Shown piece by piece: positions 15,588-24,398 of a stretch of 64,000 bases of DNA. The stretch comes from Candidatus Omnitrophota bacterium (GTDB lineage: Bacteria > Omnitrophota > Omnitrophia > Omnitrophales > JACQLI01). Within the stretch, counting starts at the first letter, position 1. Each line of letters starts with the position of its first letter. The stretch lies in NCBI GenBank assembly GCA_016179745.1, contig JACPCP010000009.1:9084-73083 (forward strand), in the 5' to 3' direction. Below the pieces are notes generated by a model. The model was given only the letters and a program-made list of their open reading frames with translations, searched no databases and was not told where the DNA came from. The translations under genes and the position numbers were made by a program.

Positions 15588-16174
15588 ATCAAAACAGAGT
15601 CATTCTGATTACGGGCGGGAGCCGGTCCGGAAAAAGCCGCCTCGCCCTCGAAAAAATGGCCGCTTACCCCCGCAAATTATTTTTGGCGACGGCGGTCGCC
15701 ACGGACGAAGAAATGAAAGAACGGATCGCCCAACACCAGAAAGACCGGGGCGCCGGCTTTGTGACGGTGGAGGAGCCGATTCATCTCGCCGACACCCTCC
15801 GCCGTGAGGCCGCTCGGGCGGATGCGATTTTGGTGGATTGCCTGACCTTTTGGCTGAACAATTTGTTTTATGCATCGGGAGCAGGAGTGCCCCGTCTTTC
15901 ATCGGCATCCTTGAGGGAAATTGAAGATTTCCTCACGGTTTTGGAAGAAAGGCCCGTCTCCTTGATTTTGGTCACCAATGAAATCAATATGGGGGTCGTT
16001 CCCTCGGAGGGGCTTACCCGCCGTTTCGTGGACGAACAGGGACGGCTCAATCAGGAGGTTGCCCGCCGTGCGGACGAAGTCATTTTAATGGTGGCAGGAA
16101 TCCCGCAGACGTTGAAGCGAAGCCGATTGGCCCCTTCCGTTCCCGCCATGACAGGAGGCCTTGTCTCACCTTGA
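15584..16174 (+). CDS. cobU: Adenosylcobinamide kinase / adenosylcobinamide-phosphate guanylyltransferase
   Basis: P-loop ILITGGSRSGKS, HQKDRG and LVDCLTFWLNN motifs. 4-nt overlap with cobC. Confidence 0.9.
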   Translation: MNQNRVILITGGSRSGKSRLALEKMAAYPRKLFLATAVATDEEMKERIAQHQKDRGAGFVTVEEPIHLADTLRREAARADAILVDCLTFWLNNLFYASGAGVPRLSSASLREIEDFLTVLEERPVSLILVTNEINMGVVPSEGLTRRFVDEQGRLNQEVARRADEVILMVAGIPQTLKRSRLAPSVPAMTGGLVSP

Positions 16175-17250
16175 CGAAACAAGATTGGCAAACCCGGGCG
16201 CTCGCAATTTCGCCTCTGGATCCCGTTTGGCGGGAGAAGGCGCGTCAAAGATTAAAAGAACAGACACGGCCCGAAAAAAGTCTGGGCCGGCTTGAGACCT
16301 ATTTGGAGCGCTTGGTGGCCATCCAAAAAAAAGACCGGCCCGGCGCTTCAAAAAAACGGGTGGTGGTTTTTGCGAGTGACCACGGGGTCGAGGTTGAGGG
16401 CGTAAGCCTTTTTCCCCGTGAGGTCACACCGGCCATGGTCACCAATTTTCTTGCAGGCGGCGCCACGATCAATGCCTTTGCCCGCTCTGTCGGCTGTGAA
16501 GTCCAAGTGGTGGATGTGGGCGTGGACCACGATTTCGGGAATTCGCCCGGGCTCCTTTCCAGAAAGGTCCGCCGGGGAACTTCCAATCTCAAGACCGGAC
16601 AGGCGATGACTGAACCGGAATTGATTCAGGCCCTGGAGGCGGGCTGGGAGATGGCGCTTCGGGCGAAGCAGGACGGGGTTGAATTGGCGGGCGTCGGGGA
16701 AATGGGAATTGCGAATACGACAGCGGCAAGCGCTGTCATTGCGGCCCTGACGAAGGCTGAGCCCGGCCGGGTGACGGGCCGGGGGACGGGGCTCGATGAT
16801 GCCATGCTGGAACACAAGATTCGGGTCATTGAAGAGGCCCTTCAAGTGAACCGTTCCTTTCTTGCCGATCCCTTTTCGATTTTGCAAAGTTTGGGCGGGT
16901 TCGAGATTGCCGCCATCGCCGGTTTCGTGATGGGGGCGGCCAGCGAAAGAATTCCGTGCATCGTGGACGGCTGGATTGCCTCGGCCGGCGCCCTCGTTCC
17001 CATTCATCTGAATCCGGCGATCCTGGATTATCTTTTTTTTGCCCACGAGTCCGAGGAAAGAGGGCACCGGCTTGTTCTCGAAGAGCTTGATGTTCAGCCC
17101 CTCCTGAAACTTTCAATGCGGCTCGGGGAGGGGACCGGGGCCTGTCTCGCCATGGGGATTCTGGATGCCGCCGTCCGGGCCTACCAGGAAGTGGCAACGT
17201 TTGAGGAGGCCAAAGTCGCCGGTCAAAAGGGAGAGCATGTCCAATCTTAA
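16171..17250 (+). CDS. cobT: Nicotinate-nucleotide--dimethylbenzimidazole phosphoribosyltransferase
   Basis: KSLGRLE..., VFASDHGV and GEMGIANTTAASAV motifs of CobT. TTG start coupled to the cobU stop. Confidence 0.9.
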   Translation: MTKQDWQTRALAISPLDPVWREKARQRLKEQTRPEKSLGRLETYLERLVAIQKKDRPGASKKRVVVFASDHGVEVEGVSLFPREVTPAMVTNFLAGGATINAFARSVGCEVQVVDVGVDHDFGNSPGLLSRKVRRGTSNLKTGQAMTEPELIQALEAGWEMALRAKQDGVELAGVGEMGIANTTAASAVIAALTKAEPGRVTGRGTGLDDAMLEHKIRVIEEALQVNRSFLADPFSILQSLGGFEIAAIAGFVMGAASERIPCIVDGWIASAGALVPIHLNPAILDYLFFAHESEERGHRLVLEELDVQPLLKLSMRLGEGTGACLAMGILDAAVRAYQEVATFEEAKVAGQKGEHVQS

Positions 17251-18643
17251 AGCCGCTGTGATTGCCGGGACCCATTCGGGAGTTGGAAAGACCACGTGGT
17301 CGCTGGCCCTCATGAGTTACTTCAAAAGGAAAGCGCTCGCCGTTCAGCCCTTCAAAATCGGCCCGGATTACATTGACCCCGGGTTTCACCACCTTGCCTG
17401 CGGCCCCCGCCGGTCGAGAAATTTGGACCGGTTTTTTCTTTCAGAGGATTATTTAAAACAGGGCTTTGAACAAAATTCAGCCGGTGCCGACCTCGCCCTG
17501 GTCGAAGGCGTGATGGGCCTTTTTGACGGGCAGAGTCCGCATTCGGAGGAGGGGAGCACGGCCCAAATGGCGAAGCTCCTCAGCCTTCCGGTTTTTCTCG
17601 TGATCGACGGTTCCGGCCTGTCAAGGAGCGCAGCGGCCCTTGTGAAGGGTTATCAAGGCTTTGATCCCGAGCTCCCTTTAAGGGGAATTCTGATCAACCG
17701 GGTTTCAAGCGAAGGACACTTTCGATGGCTGAAGGACCCCATCGAGAAAGAAACCGGAGTTCCGGTTTTGGGCTGGCTTCCGCCGGAGGCTCAAATTTCC
17801 ATTCCGGAGCGGCACCTCGGGCTCCGGACCGCCGCTGAAGAAGGACCCCTCCATCAAAAACTGAATTTGCTTGCGGAAATGTTGGAAAAGAATTTCAACT
17901 CAAAACTTTTTCTTGATCTTTCATTCTCATTCGACCGTCCGGGGGTCCGTCGGCCGGCCGTCATGGGGGGTCCGGAGGGGGAATCCAGAGAAAATTTCCC
18001 CGGGCCTCTCCGGTGCCGAATCGGCGTGGCGTTCGACAAGGCCTTTTCCTTTTATTATGAAGACAACCTAGACCTCCTCCGAAAGGCGGGCGCCGAGCTG
18101 GTCTTTTTCTCGCCCCTGAAAGATTCCGAGCTGCCACCCGATCTCCAGCTTCTTTACCTTGGGGGCGGGTTCCCGGAGCTTTACGCCCGGGACCTCAGTG
18201 AGAACCGGGCCCTGTGGGAGGCGGTCCGTCGGTTCCACGCCGATGAAGGCTTGATCTATGCCGAATGCGGGGGCCTGATGGTCCTGGCGGAATCCTTGGA
18301 GGACCCGGACGGAAAACGATTCCCGATGGCGGGGTTTGTCCCGGGCACGATTCGAATGACCCACCGGCTTCAAAATTTTGGCTACAAAGAGTTAGAATGC
18401 CGCCGGGCCACCTTCCTTTTCCCGGAGGGAAAGAAATTGCGCTCGCACGAATTTCATTATTCGACGTGGGAACGGGAGGAGGAGGGGAGGAATTTTGAGG
18501 CGCCTTATCAGGTCCGGGACCGGCGTGACGGATTTTATGACGGCCGTCTTTTGGCGTCGTATCAGCATCTGCATTTCGGTCAGGACCGGGATTTAGCGGG
18601 GCGGCTTGTGCGGTCAGCGCTTGTCGGGGGCCTGGCGGCGTGA
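17237..18643 (+). CDS. cbiA: Cobyrinate a,c-diamide synthase
   Basis: AGTHSGVGKTT P-loop, PFKIGPDYIDPGFH, and a C-terminal glutamine amidotransferase domain (YAECGGLM). ATG 17237 has RBS GGGAGAG and overlaps the cobT end. Confidence 0.9.
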   Translation: MSNLKAAVIAGTHSGVGKTTWSLALMSYFKRKALAVQPFKIGPDYIDPGFHHLACGPRRSRNLDRFFLSEDYLKQGFEQNSAGADLALVEGVMGLFDGQSPHSEEGSTAQMAKLLSLPVFLVIDGSGLSRSAAALVKGYQGFDPELPLRGILINRVSSEGHFRWLKDPIEKETGVPVLGWLPPEAQISIPERHLGLRTAAEEGPLHQKLNLLAEMLEKNFNSKLFLDLSFSFDRPGVRRPAVMGGPEGESRENFPGPLRCRIGVAFDKAFSFYYEDNLDLLRKAGAELVFFSPLKDSELPPDLQLLYLGGGFPELYARDLSENRALWEAVRRFHADEGLIYAECGGLMVLAESLEDPDGKRFPMAGFVPGTIRMTHRLQNFGYKELECRRATFLFPEGKKLRSHEFHYSTWEREEEGRNFEAPYQVRDRRDGFYDGRLLASYQHLHFGQDRDLAGRLVRSALVGGLAA

Positions 18644-19377
18644 AAATTGTTTCGCTGAGCCCCTCCCTGACCGAGATTTTGGTTTATCTCGGGGCCTTGG
18701 CTGATTTGGCCGGAGCGACCGATCTTTGTGAAGCCAATGGCTCTCTAGAGCGGGTCGGATCACCGAAGGCCCTGGAAATATCCAAGATTCAGCGTCTGGA
18801 ACCGGACTGGATCTTGGCGGACACCCGGGACAACCGGCCGGAAGAGATCCAAGTCCTTCAGAAAAGGGGAAGGGTCAAAGTGTTTGACGTGAGTCAATTG
18901 TCCGAGGTCCGGGACGGGATCAGCGAACTCGGCCGTCTCACGGAAAAACAGGAGGGGGCCCGGCGTTTAAACCAAGGCATTCTTGAAGAGATTGCGAAGA
19001 GCGAGGCCGCCTTTCGAGACCGGCCCCGGCGCCGGACGCTTTTGCTTCTGTGGGACAAGCCTTTCCTGACCGTCAATTTTGACAGCTACCCGTCCCGATT
19101 GATCGAGTCTTCAGGCGGTGAAAATGTTTTTCGCCAGGAACCGCTCAGGGAGTTTCCCGTAGAAATCGAGGACATGATCGAAAAAAATCCGGAGACCCTC
19201 CTTCTTGCGACCGCCCCGTTTCCCTTCGAACGAAGGCACGTGGCCCGGCTCCGCCAGTTCCGGGTCCTTTCCCGGATCCCGATTCATCTGACAGAAGGAA
19301 AATTTTTCTGCCGTTACGGCGTCCAGACGGTCCATGCTCTCAAAGCCCTGCGGAAAATTTTTGAGGCCCTCCCGTGA
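18640..19377 (+). CDS. BtuF-like (class III) cobalamin/siderophore-type binding-domain protein with no signal peptide
   Basis: The MKIVSLSPSLTEILVYLGA...DWILAD pattern matches the Peripla_BP_2/BtuF family. The N-terminus starts directly in the first beta-strand. Confidence 0.6.
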   Translation: MKIVSLSPSLTEILVYLGALADLAGATDLCEANGSLERVGSPKALEISKIQRLEPDWILADTRDNRPEEIQVLQKRGRVKVFDVSQLSEVRDGISELGRLTEKQEGARRLNQGILEEIAKSEAAFRDRPRRRTLLLLWDKPFLTVNFDSYPSRLIESSGGENVFRQEPLREFPVEIEDMIEKNPETLLLATAPFPFERRHVARLRQFRVLSRIPIHLTEGKFFCRYGVQTVHALKALRKIFEALP

Positions 19378-20108
19378 TGGAGGACCTGAAACAGGCGCTT
19401 TCATTTTTGACGATCATTCCCCTTCCGGGTATCCGAAAAGGAAATCTGAAGCGAGCGATGATTTTTTTCCCTCTCGTGGGGTTTCTGATCGGGGCCGTTT
19501 CCCTCATGATCCTTTTGGGACTTTCGACGTCTCTTCTCCCACGGCTCGAGGCGCTCATCCTGGTCACCCTTCCGATTCTTTTGACCGGGGGGCTGCACCT
19601 GGACGGCTTTGCCGATTTCTGTGATGGGTTCGGAGGAAAAAATAAAGAGGAGATTCTCCGGATCATGCGGGACTCCCGTGTCGGGGTTTGGGGAGCGGCC
19701 GGCGTTGTCCTTCTTCTGATATGGAAAATGGAACTTCTGGCGGCGCTCCCCAGCCGAGGGGGGGCCTTTTTATTGTCCCTCACGGCCTCCCGGTGGGCGC
19801 AGGTGGTTTTGTCCTATTTTCTTCCTTACGCCAATCCCGAGGGCGGGCTGGGGGAGAGTGTGGCAAAAAAGGTGAAGGTCCGTGAGTTGGCGGGCGCCAC
19901 CGGGTTTTTGGCCGTTTTGATTTTCTTTTTGGGCGCACCGGGGCTCGTGACTTTCCTGGCCCTGCTTCCTTTTCTTGCCCTGGCCGGGTTTCTCTTCTTT
20001 AAACGGGTCGGCGGAGTCACGGGCGACCTCTTGGGGGCGGCGAGTGAAGCCACGGAAGTTTACGTGCTGCTCATTTTTTTTCTCATTGAAACGGGAGGCC
20101 TCTCGTGA
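19374..20108 (+). CDS. cobS: Adenosylcobinamide-GDP ribazoletransferase (cobalamin synthase)
   Basis: LSFLTIIPLP and HLDGFADFCDG motifs. Polytopic membrane protein. Confidence 0.9.
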   Translation: MMEDLKQALSFLTIIPLPGIRKGNLKRAMIFFPLVGFLIGAVSLMILLGLSTSLLPRLEALILVTLPILLTGGLHLDGFADFCDGFGGKNKEEILRIMRDSRVGVWGAAGVVLLLIWKMELLAALPSRGGAFLLSLTASRWAQVVLSYFLPYANPEGGLGESVAKKVKVRELAGATGFLAVLIFFLGAPGLVTFLALLPFLALAGFLFFKRVGGVTGDLLGAASEATEVYVLLIFFLIETGGLS

Positions 20109-21193
20109 GCCTGAGGCACGGCGGCGAGCTCCGGAACTTCTCGGAACATTTCGGCATTCCCGAGTCGGAGATCCTCGATTTTTCAAGCAACATCAATCCG
20201 CTCGGACCGCCGGAATCCGTGAAGGCCCTTTTCGAGGAAAGCGCCGGGGAGCTTCAGGTTTATCCCGATTCCGAAGCGCTCGAATTCCGCCGGGAGGTGG
20301 CCCGGCATTTTCCCCTCTGGCCGGAGAATGTCATTGCCGGAAACGGATCGGCCGAGCTCCTCGACCTCGCCGTCCGGTTTCTTCGTCCCAAACGGGCGCT
20401 CGTGGTGGAGCCGAGTTTTCTTGAATATCGAAGACTCTTGAAACGGGAAGGGGCGGAGATACGAAGCCTCTTCCTGAAGGACCGGGAGGACTTCAATTTT
20501 TCCCTGCCGGAATTGGTGAATGCGCTGAGAGGCAACGACCTTCTGATATTGGGACACCCCAACAATCCCACCGGGACCCATCTCGCCAAAGAGGCGCTCC
20601 CGGCCCTTCTGGCCGAAGCCAAACGAAGAAACGTTTTCGTTGTTTTGGATGAAGCCTTCGCCGATTGGGTTCCCGAAGTCTCACTGGCCCGTGAGGTCCG
20701 GGACGATTCCTATTTCTTTGTCGTGCGTTCCCTCACCAAGTTTTTTACCCTGCCGGGGATCCGGATTGCCTACGGCCTGGGCTCCCGCAAGCTGATTGAA
20801 AAATTGACGGCCCATCAGACGATTTGGTCGGTCAATCGCCTTGCGCAAAAACTGGGCACGGCGGCACTCCGGGACGAGGAGTTTACGGCCGGGTCGAGGC
20901 GCTGGCTTCAGGAGGAAAGAAATTGGCTGGTCTCCCGTTTGGCGGCCCTTCCGGGATTTAAGGTTTTTGCGAGCACGACGAATTTTCTATTAGTCCGTCA
21001 TGCCCCCCGTCCCGACCGGGAACCCCTTTTCGAAGGGATGGGGCGGCAGAAGATTTATGTAAGGGACCTCTCAGAATTGCCCGGCCTCGGCCCGACTTAT
21101 TTCCGGGTCTCGGTGAAAAGGCGGGAGGACAATTTAAAATTAATGGAGGCGCTTGAGGTTGTGACGGCCCCGCTTGCCGGAAGGACACTATGA
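20105..21193 (+). CDS. cobD: L-threonine-O-3-phosphate decarboxylase (class I/II aminotransferase fold)
   Basis: HGGE...ILDFSSNINPLGPP, GHPNNPTG and a SLTKFF PLP-lysine region. Located in the cob cluster. Confidence 0.8.
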   Translation: MSLRHGGELRNFSEHFGIPESEILDFSSNINPLGPPESVKALFEESAGELQVYPDSEALEFRREVARHFPLWPENVIAGNGSAELLDLAVRFLRPKRALVVEPSFLEYRRLLKREGAEIRSLFLKDREDFNFSLPELVNALRGNDLLILGHPNNPTGTHLAKEALPALLAEAKRRNVFVVLDEAFADWVPEVSLAREVRDDSYFFVVRSLTKFFTLPGIRIAYGLGSRKLIEKLTAHQTIWSVNRLAQKLGTAALRDEEFTAGSRRWLQEERNWLVSRLAALPGFKVFASTTNFLLVRHAPRPDREPLFEGMGRQKIYVRDLSELPGLGPTYFRVSVKRREDNLKLMEALEVVTAPLAGRTL

Positions 21194-22725
21194 AACCCCC
21201 ACGAGCAAAGGCAATCATGGTCCTGGGCACCGGTTCGGGTGTCGGGAAATCCTTTGTGACCGCCGGGCTCTGCCGGATCTTGAGTGATGCCGGCGTGAAG
21301 GTGGCCCCTTTCAAGGCGCAAAACATGTCGAACAACTCCTACGTGACCCGGGACGGGGGAGAAATGGGGCGGGCGCAGGTGGTGCAGGCCGAGTGCGCCC
21401 GGGTCGAGCCGAGCGTCCACATGAACCCGGTCCTCCTGAAGCCGGCCTCAGACAACGGTTCTCAGGTGGTCGTTCACGGGAAACCCGTGGGAACGATGCG
21501 GGCCGACGAATACTATTCGCTTCGGGAAAAAATGCTGGCGGCCATTCAGGAGTCTTACGAAGAGCTTTCCCGGGACTACGAGGCGCTGGTGATCGAGGGC
21601 GCCGGGAGCCCGGCGGAAATCAATTTGAAGGCGCTGGATATCGTCAACTTTCGAGTCGCTGAGATGGCGGATGCCCGCTGCCTCCTCGTGGGCGATATCG
21701 ACCGGGGCGGTGTCTTTGCCTGGATTTTGGGGACGCTGGCCCTTCTGGACGACTCGGAACGGGAACGGATCGCAGGCCTTGTGATCAACAAATTTCGTGG
21801 CGATCTCAGCCTTTTGGAGCCGGGCCTTCGGATGCTCGAAAACCTTTCCGGCAAAAAGGTGCTGGGGGTCCTGCCTTACCAGATGGACCTCTGGATCGAA
21901 GAAGAGGATTCCGTGGTCCTTGAGGAAAAGAGGGGCCCGGCCGGGGAAAATCATTTGGACATCGCCGTCCTTCTTCTGCCCCGAATTTCGAATGCCACAG
22001 ACTTTCAAATTCTTTCCGAGGAGCCCGGGGTTTCGGTGCGAATGATCAAGCGGCTTGAAGAATTCGGTTCGCCCGACCTCCTCATCCTTCCCGGGACCAA
22101 GGCCACAATGGCTGACCTCGAGTACTTGAAGACAAACGGTTTTGACCGGAAGATTCAGGATTATTTTCGCTCGGGGGGGAGGATTCTCGGGATCTGCGGC
22201 GGATTGCAGATGCTGGGGGATCGGATTGAGGACCCTGAGGCCTTTGAATCTTCCCAGCGTTCCCAGTCCGGGCTTTCGCTCGTTCCGATCCGAACCCGGT
22301 TTTTTTCCGAAAAGACGCTTCGAAGGGCGGCGGGGCGCATCCAAACCGAAATTTTTTCATTTCCCGTGCAGGGCACGCTCCTCGGCTACGAGATTCATAT
22401 GGGGCAGACGGAGGTTGGCGAAGGAGTGAGGCCTCTTTTGGAAATTTCGCCCTGGGGCTTGCAGGGAGAATGGAAACCGGAAGGGGTCCTGGACGCCACG
22501 GGCCGGGTGTTGGGGACCTATCTCCACGGCTTTTTTGACGAAGCGGGTTTTCGGGCATCGTTTCTGGAGGCGCTCTGGCGAAGCACGGGTAAAAAAAGGC
22601 CCGTCTGCCCGAATCCCGTTTCTTCCCGGGAGGTTGTGAAAGAAAAAAATTATGACCGTCTGGCCTCTTTGCTTCGGGAACACCTGGATTTGAGCTTTCT
22701 CCCGAAGGGGTCGGTCAAGGTTTAA
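21190..22725 (+). CDS. cobQ: Cobyric acid synthase
   Basis: MVLGTGSGVGKS...PFKAQNMSNNS...EGAGSPAEINL, plus a GATase domain ICGGLQMLG. Confidence 0.95.
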   Translation: MKPPRAKAIMVLGTGSGVGKSFVTAGLCRILSDAGVKVAPFKAQNMSNNSYVTRDGGEMGRAQVVQAECARVEPSVHMNPVLLKPASDNGSQVVVHGKPVGTMRADEYYSLREKMLAAIQESYEELSRDYEALVIEGAGSPAEINLKALDIVNFRVAEMADARCLLVGDIDRGGVFAWILGTLALLDDSERERIAGLVINKFRGDLSLLEPGLRMLENLSGKKVLGVLPYQMDLWIEEEDSVVLEEKRGPAGENHLDIAVLLLPRISNATDFQILSEEPGVSVRMIKRLEEFGSPDLLILPGTKATMADLEYLKTNGFDRKIQDYFRSGGRILGICGGLQMLGDRIEDPEAFESSQRSQSGLSLVPIRTRFFSEKTLRRAAGRIQTEIFSFPVQGTLLGYEIHMGQTEVGEGVRPLLEISPWGLQGEWKPEGVLDATGRVLGTYLHGFFDEAGFRASFLEALWRSTGKKRPVCPNPVSSREVVKEKNYDRLASLLREHLDLSFLPKGSVKV

Positions 22726-22737
22726 GGAGCCGCTTTT

Positions 22738-23703
22738 ATGTTTGAGCTTCTCGCTGCCTTTGTGCTGGACCGGATTTTCGGGGACCCCGTTTACGGTTGG
22801 CACCCGGTCCGTCTCATCGGCGGCTGGATCACGAAGACTGAGAAATGGCTGCGGTCCCTTTTCCCCCGGGAACGGACGGCGGGCTTGATCCAGGCGGTCT
22901 TGATCCCGCTGGCGACGTGGGTCTTTGTCAGTTTTCTCTGCGAGGCTGCGTTTCAAATTCATCCGGCCTTGAAATTTTCCCTCACGGTTTATTTCCTTTA
23001 CAGTGCGATTGCCGTCAAAGATTTAAAGGACGAAGCCCGCCGGGTTTATGCGGCAATCACCAAGCGCAAATTGGAGGCGGCGAGAAAAAACTTGTCCCGC
23101 CTGGTGGGACGGGACACGGTGAATCTGGATGAAGAGGAAGTGATTCGGGGGACCGTCGAGGCCGTGGCCGAGAGTTTTGTGGATGGGGTGTGGTCGCCTC
23201 TTTTTTATGCGGCCCTCGGAGGGGCGCCCTTGGCGATGGCTTACAAGGCAGTCAACACGCTGGATTCAATGGTCGGTCTCCGGACCCCCAAATACCGTGA
23301 GTTCGGCAGGGCGGCGGCGAAGCTGGACGAGATTGCCAATTGGATCCCGGCCCGCCTCTCCTGGTTTTTGATCGGGCTCGGCACGCTGTTGGTCAATGGC
23401 CGCATCCGGGAAGCCTGGCGGGTTGGTTTGGAACATGGTTCCGGCACGGGCCTTTCAAACTCGGCGGTGCCGGAGGCGGCTTTTGCGGGCGCCCTTGGGG
23501 TTCAGCTGGGCGGCACCAATTTTTATCAAGGTGAAAAAGTGGAGACGCCAAAATTGGGATACCCGATGAGAACCCTCGAAAGCGGGCACATTCGGGAGGC
23601 GTATCAGTTGATGTCGGCAAGCGCTTGGTTTGCCCTCGGAATAGCCGTCCTCCTTAGAGCCGCTTTTTTATTTTTCACGGCAAGAATTACCCAGCCCCTG
23701 TGA
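22738..23703 (+). CDS. cbiB: Adenosylcobinamide-phosphate synthase
   Basis: DRIFGDPVYGWHPVRLIG..., NLSRLVGRDT and SPNSAVPEAAFAGALGVQLGG-like motifs. Membrane protein. Confidence 0.9.
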   Translation: MFELLAAFVLDRIFGDPVYGWHPVRLIGGWITKTEKWLRSLFPRERTAGLIQAVLIPLATWVFVSFLCEAAFQIHPALKFSLTVYFLYSAIAVKDLKDEARRVYAAITKRKLEAARKNLSRLVGRDTVNLDEEEVIRGTVEAVAESFVDGVWSPLFYAALGGAPLAMAYKAVNTLDSMVGLRTPKYREFGRAAAKLDEIANWIPARLSWFLIGLGTLLVNGRIREAWRVGLEHGSGTGLSNSAVPEAAFAGALGVQLGGTNFYQGEKVETPKLGYPMRTLESGHIREAYQLMSASAWFALGIAVLLRAAFLFFTARITQPL

Positions 23704-24029
23704 AGAAACGAAGCCGGGCCGCCTGCCTTTTAATCGACGAAGGGGTTCGGAGCGTGAAAAAGCGGCATGCCTTCCAAAGGGCTGTCAAAGATTGTGTCGA
23801 TCGAGGCGCCCAGGAGGTCTTTCTCTTTTCTCCGGCGGTGCTTCCCGCCCGGGCAGCCAAAGATGATCTTCCCGAGGAGATCCGGCAGGCCAAGCGCCGT
23901 TACCCGGCTCTGGATTTTCACTTTGCCGGCAGGCCGAGAAGGAGAATTGACTCGGCCTTTTTGTCCGCTATAATGGTTCAAATTCAACAAGATTTCCCAA
24001 TCAAAAGGGGGAATGATCATGGCCAATGA
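23700..24029 (+). CDS. Small hypothetical protein, possibly a degenerate CbiX-like fold
   Basis: The GTG start is coupled to the cbiB stop (GTGA). The pattern ACLLIDEG...EVFLFSPAVLPARAAKDDLPEEI resembles a CbiX half-domain, but the expected His residues are absent. Confidence 0.35.
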   Translation: MKKRSRAACLLIDEGVRSVKKRHAFQRAVKDCVDRGAQEVFLFSPAVLPARAAKDDLPEEIRQAKRRYPALDFHFAGRPRRRIDSAFLSAIMVQIQQDFPIKRGNDHGQ

Positions 24030-24369
24030 GCCCTTCGGGGCTGGGTCCCAAGCCCGGCAGGATCCTGAAATCCAGGAAGGCAAGTTTTTTGCGGCAGTGG
24101 GTTACCTCTCGGTTCTTTGTTTTGTCCCGCTGATCTTGAAGAAGGGAAACCGCTTTGCCCAGTTTCACGGCAGGCAGGGGCTGGTGCTTTTCATTCTGGA
24201 GCTGGCGGCCAGCATTTTGAAGGCCGTCCCGGCGCTCGGGGAAATTGTGTTCACGCTGGGTTTTGTGGTGCTGGGGATCCTCTCCCTGGTGGGGATCGTG
24301 AAAGTGCTGATGGGAGAATACTGGGAGATGCCGGTGATCCAGGAAGTGGCAAGCAAGATCAGCCTTTAG
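24013..24369 (+). CDS. Small membrane protein (DUF4870-like)
   Basis: Two or three hydrophobic helices. The FAAVGYLSVLCFVPLILKKGNRFAQFHGRQGLVLF pattern is typical of the DUF4870 family. Confidence 0.55.
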   Translation: MIMANEPFGAGSQARQDPEIQEGKFFAAVGYLSVLCFVPLILKKGNRFAQFHGRQGLVLFILELAASILKAVPALGEIVFTLGFVVLGILSLVGIVKVLMGEYWEMPVIQEVASKISL

Positions 24370-24398
24370 AATCGCTTCACTCCTCCCAAATTTTTGTC

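Noticed and set aside
16348-17392. Minus-strand ORFs (239 aa and 188 aa) antisense to cobT/cbiA
   Set aside because: They are shadow ORFs opposite well-supported cob genes, and their products have no motifs.
21448-22962. Minus-strand ORFs (298, 158 and 201 aa) antisense to cobQ/cbiB
   Set aside because: They are shadow ORFs opposite well-supported cob genes. Their products are Pro/Arg/Gly-rich with no motifs.
24117-24398. 5' part of track ORF 24117..25829
   Set aside because: It overlaps the DUF4870-like membrane protein gene out of frame. The L12-like domain starts at ATG 24399.
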